Positions 61,788 to 64,000 of a stretch of 64,000 nt of DNA are shown here, in pieces. The translations under genes were made by a program, and so were the position numbers. This DNA comes from Nemertoderma westbladi (taxonomy: Eukaryota > Animalia > Xenacoelomorpha), in assembly GCA_032718475.1 (NCBI GenBank), contig JAUCBJ010007290.1, forward strand, positions 62,001 through 126,000, in the 5' to 3' direction. Under the pieces are notes generated by a model. That model saw only the letters and a program-made list of their open reading frames with translations, was not told the origin of the DNA and did not search any database. Within the stretch, counting starts at the first letter, position 1, and each line of letters starts with the position of its first letter.

Positions 61788-61890
61788 TAATAAAATAATG
61801 GAGGTTATACGTAATCAAATAGTACCATAATCCTTAATAAAATAACGGAGGTTATACGTAATCAAATAGTACCATAATCATTAATAAAAT
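61788..61890. repeat. About 47-bp direct duplication
   Basis: TAATAAAATAAYGGAGGTTATACGTAATCAAATAGTACCATAATC x2. Confidence 0.85.
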
Positions 61891-61954
61891 CATCCATTAC
61901 AGCAAGATGACCTGGAACAGAATGTGGAACGTGGAACTAAATAACGAAACTAAC

Positions 61955-62122
61955 CGCCCACATCGGAACTCCATTCTACGTCTACCCCAGTGGATGAGCA
62001 GTGGTATAAATAATTGGCGAGCGAGCGATCGAGACACGAATCTCTATCGCCCAAACCGCAAGTACAAACATCCGCGATGCACTGAGTGTAGAAGTTCGTA
62101 ATCGCTACAGAATTGTGGCAAA
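61955..62122 (-). CDS. Exon: C8 domain (D2-like), CHNSVAITNFYTQC...WSSDVG
   Basis: tttcag|TTTGCC acceptor, GGCG|gttagt donor, phase 1-1. Alternative acceptors exist in the adjacent 16-bp array. Confidence 0.85.
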
Positions 62123-63604
62123 CTGAAATATAAACAAACTGAAATATAAACAAACTGAAATATAAACAAACTGAAATATAAACAAACTGAAATATAAAAA
62201 AAACTGAAATGTATACAAACTGAAATATAAACAAATTGAAAAATAAACAAACTGAAATATAAACAAACTGAAATATAAACAAACTGAAATATAAACAAAC
62301 TGAAATATATACAAACTGAAATATAAACAAATTGAAAAATAAACAAACTGAATTATAAACAAACTGAAAAAATAAACAAACTGAAATATAAACAAACTGA
62401 AATATAATCAAACTGAAATATAATCAAACTGAAATGTAAACAAACTGAAATACACTGAAATATAAACAAACTGAAATATAAACAAACTGAAATATAAACA
62501 AACTGAAATATATACAAACTGAAATATAAACAAATTGAAAAATAAACAAACTGAATTATAAACAAACTGAAAAAATAAACAAACTGAAATATAAACAAAC
62601 TGAAATATAATCAAACTGAAATATAATCAAACTGAAATGTAAACAAACTGAAATATAAACAAACTGAAATATAAACAAACTGAAAAATAAACAAACTGAA
62701 AAATAATCAAACTGAAATATAAACAAACTGAAATATAAACAAACTGAAATATAAACAAACTGAAATATAAACAAACTGAAATATAAGCAAACTGAAATGT
62801 ATACAAACTGAAACATAAACAAACTGAAATATAAACAAACTGAAATATATACAAACTGAAATAAAAACAAATTGAAAAATAAACAAATTGAAAAATAAAC
62901 AAACTGAAATATAAACAAACTGAAAAAATAAACAAACTGAAATATAAACAAACTGAAATATAAACAAACTGAAATATTAACAAACTGAAATATATACAAA
63001 CTGAAATATAAACAAATTGAAAAATAAACAAACTGAAATATAAACAAACTGAAAAAATAAACAAACTGAAATATAAACCAAACTGAAATATAATCAAACT
63101 GAAATATAAACAAACTGAAATGTAAACAAACTGAAATATAAACAAACTGAAATATAAATAAACTGAAAAATAAACAAACTGAAAAATAATCAAACTGAAA
63201 TATAAACAAACTGAAATATAAACAAACTGAAATATAAACAAACTGAAATATAAACAAACTGAAATATAAACAAACTGAAAAAATAAACAAACTGAAAAAT
63301 AAACAAACTGAAATATAAACAAACTGAAATATAAACAAACTGAAATATAATCAAACTGAAATATAAACAAACTGAAATATAAACAAACTGAAATGTAAGC
63401 AAACTGAAATATAAACAAACTGAAATGTAAACAAACTGAAATATAAACAAACTGAAATATAAACAAACTGAAATATAAACAAACTGAAAAATAAACAAAC
63501 TGAAAAATAATCAAACTGAAATGTAAACAAACTGAAATATAAACAAACTGAAATATAAACAAACTGAAATATAATCAAACTGAAATATAAACAAACTGAA
63601 TGTA
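62119..63604. repeat. 16-bp tandem array (about 92 copies) overlapping the exon acceptor
   Basis: Unit AACTGAAATATAAACA (minus strand TGTTTATATTTCAGTT). Confidence 0.96.
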
Positions 63605-64000
63605 AAAGCTTTTGTGGTATAACTGGTTCGTTTGCTTTGCTGGCCAGTTCCCCCCCGGTCGCTAGAATACTCTAAAGGGGATCTAAAGCTAAAATAGTGC
63701 AAGCTACCAGCTTATTGGCTGATTTGCTGTACGCAGGTATCTGGGCTCTGTTTAATCGGCCAACCAGCCTAGGAAGGTTGCGTCATAGCCTTGTTTTTTG
63801 TATCTCCCAATAGAATTTGAGTTAGCCTTGATTTTGACCTATCACAGAGCTACTGAACTGAAATTTTCCTATCTCACTGCTCTTTCTCTGTGTTGAACGG
63901 GAGCTTCGTGGAATAAGGGTAGTTGGTATCCTCGTATAGAGTAGTAGTCACGAGTTTTTCAAAGCCACGAAAGAACGGCTTTGTAGTGTTTTGTGCTTTT

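Larger units (their letters stand above)
7348..62122 (-). other. Partial multi-exon gene: gel-forming mucin / SCO-spondin / hemolectin-like VWD-C8-TIL protein with PTS and CysD domains (23 exons in window)
   Basis: 23 exons with AG/GT boundaries and matching phases join into one open frame (5294 nt = 2 + 1764 codons). Motifs include GDPHY-x-TFDG, GMCGNYDG, GGDCDCLC, a WxxW-type CysD and PTS repeats. Confidence 0.93.

Noticed and set aside
7348-62122. Assigning a gene symbol (MUC2, MUC5, SSPO, Hml, VWF)
   Set aside because: The architecture mixes features of these and orthology cannot be set without phylogeny.
62044-63702. Hydrophobic 'membrane protein' ORFs
   Set aside because: Translations of the 16-bp T-rich repeat.
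63605-64000. Possible further upstream exon of the mucin gene
   Set aside because: The minus-strand frames checked gave no Cys/VWD-like sequence with a suitable donor; left unannotated.

Overview
AT-rich metazoan (probably invertebrate) genomic DNA, not prokaryotic. The window holds the internal part of one large minus-strand gene for a gel-forming-mucin / SCO-spondin / hemolectin-like secreted protein. I traced 23 GT-AG exons (62122 down to 7348, 5294 nt, about 1764 codons) with consistent intron phases. They encode C8-TIL-E, TIL'-E', VWD-C8-TIL-E (D3-like), an acidic PTS repeat, a CysD/WxxW domain, TIL/E modules, a basic PTS repeat, VWD-C8-TIL and a further GDPH-VWD. Both gene ends lie outside the window. 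About 60% of the window is intronic tandem repeat, made of about 12 largely unrelated families (units of 7, 13, 16, 24, 26, 29, 30, 32, 50, 54, 63 and 68 bp). Most long ORFs in the ORF track are artefacts of these repeats. The most notable result is that three arrays are amplified copies of the gene's own exon-intron junctions (two donors, one acceptor), giving about 90-230 tandem splice-site copies each. Also present are two antisense minimal hammerhead-ribozyme motifs, a TIR-less 3-kb insertion with a 6-bp direct repeat inside a satellite, Helentron/MITE-like elements, and RTE and CR1/L2-like LINE remnants. All calls are by eye, without database searches.
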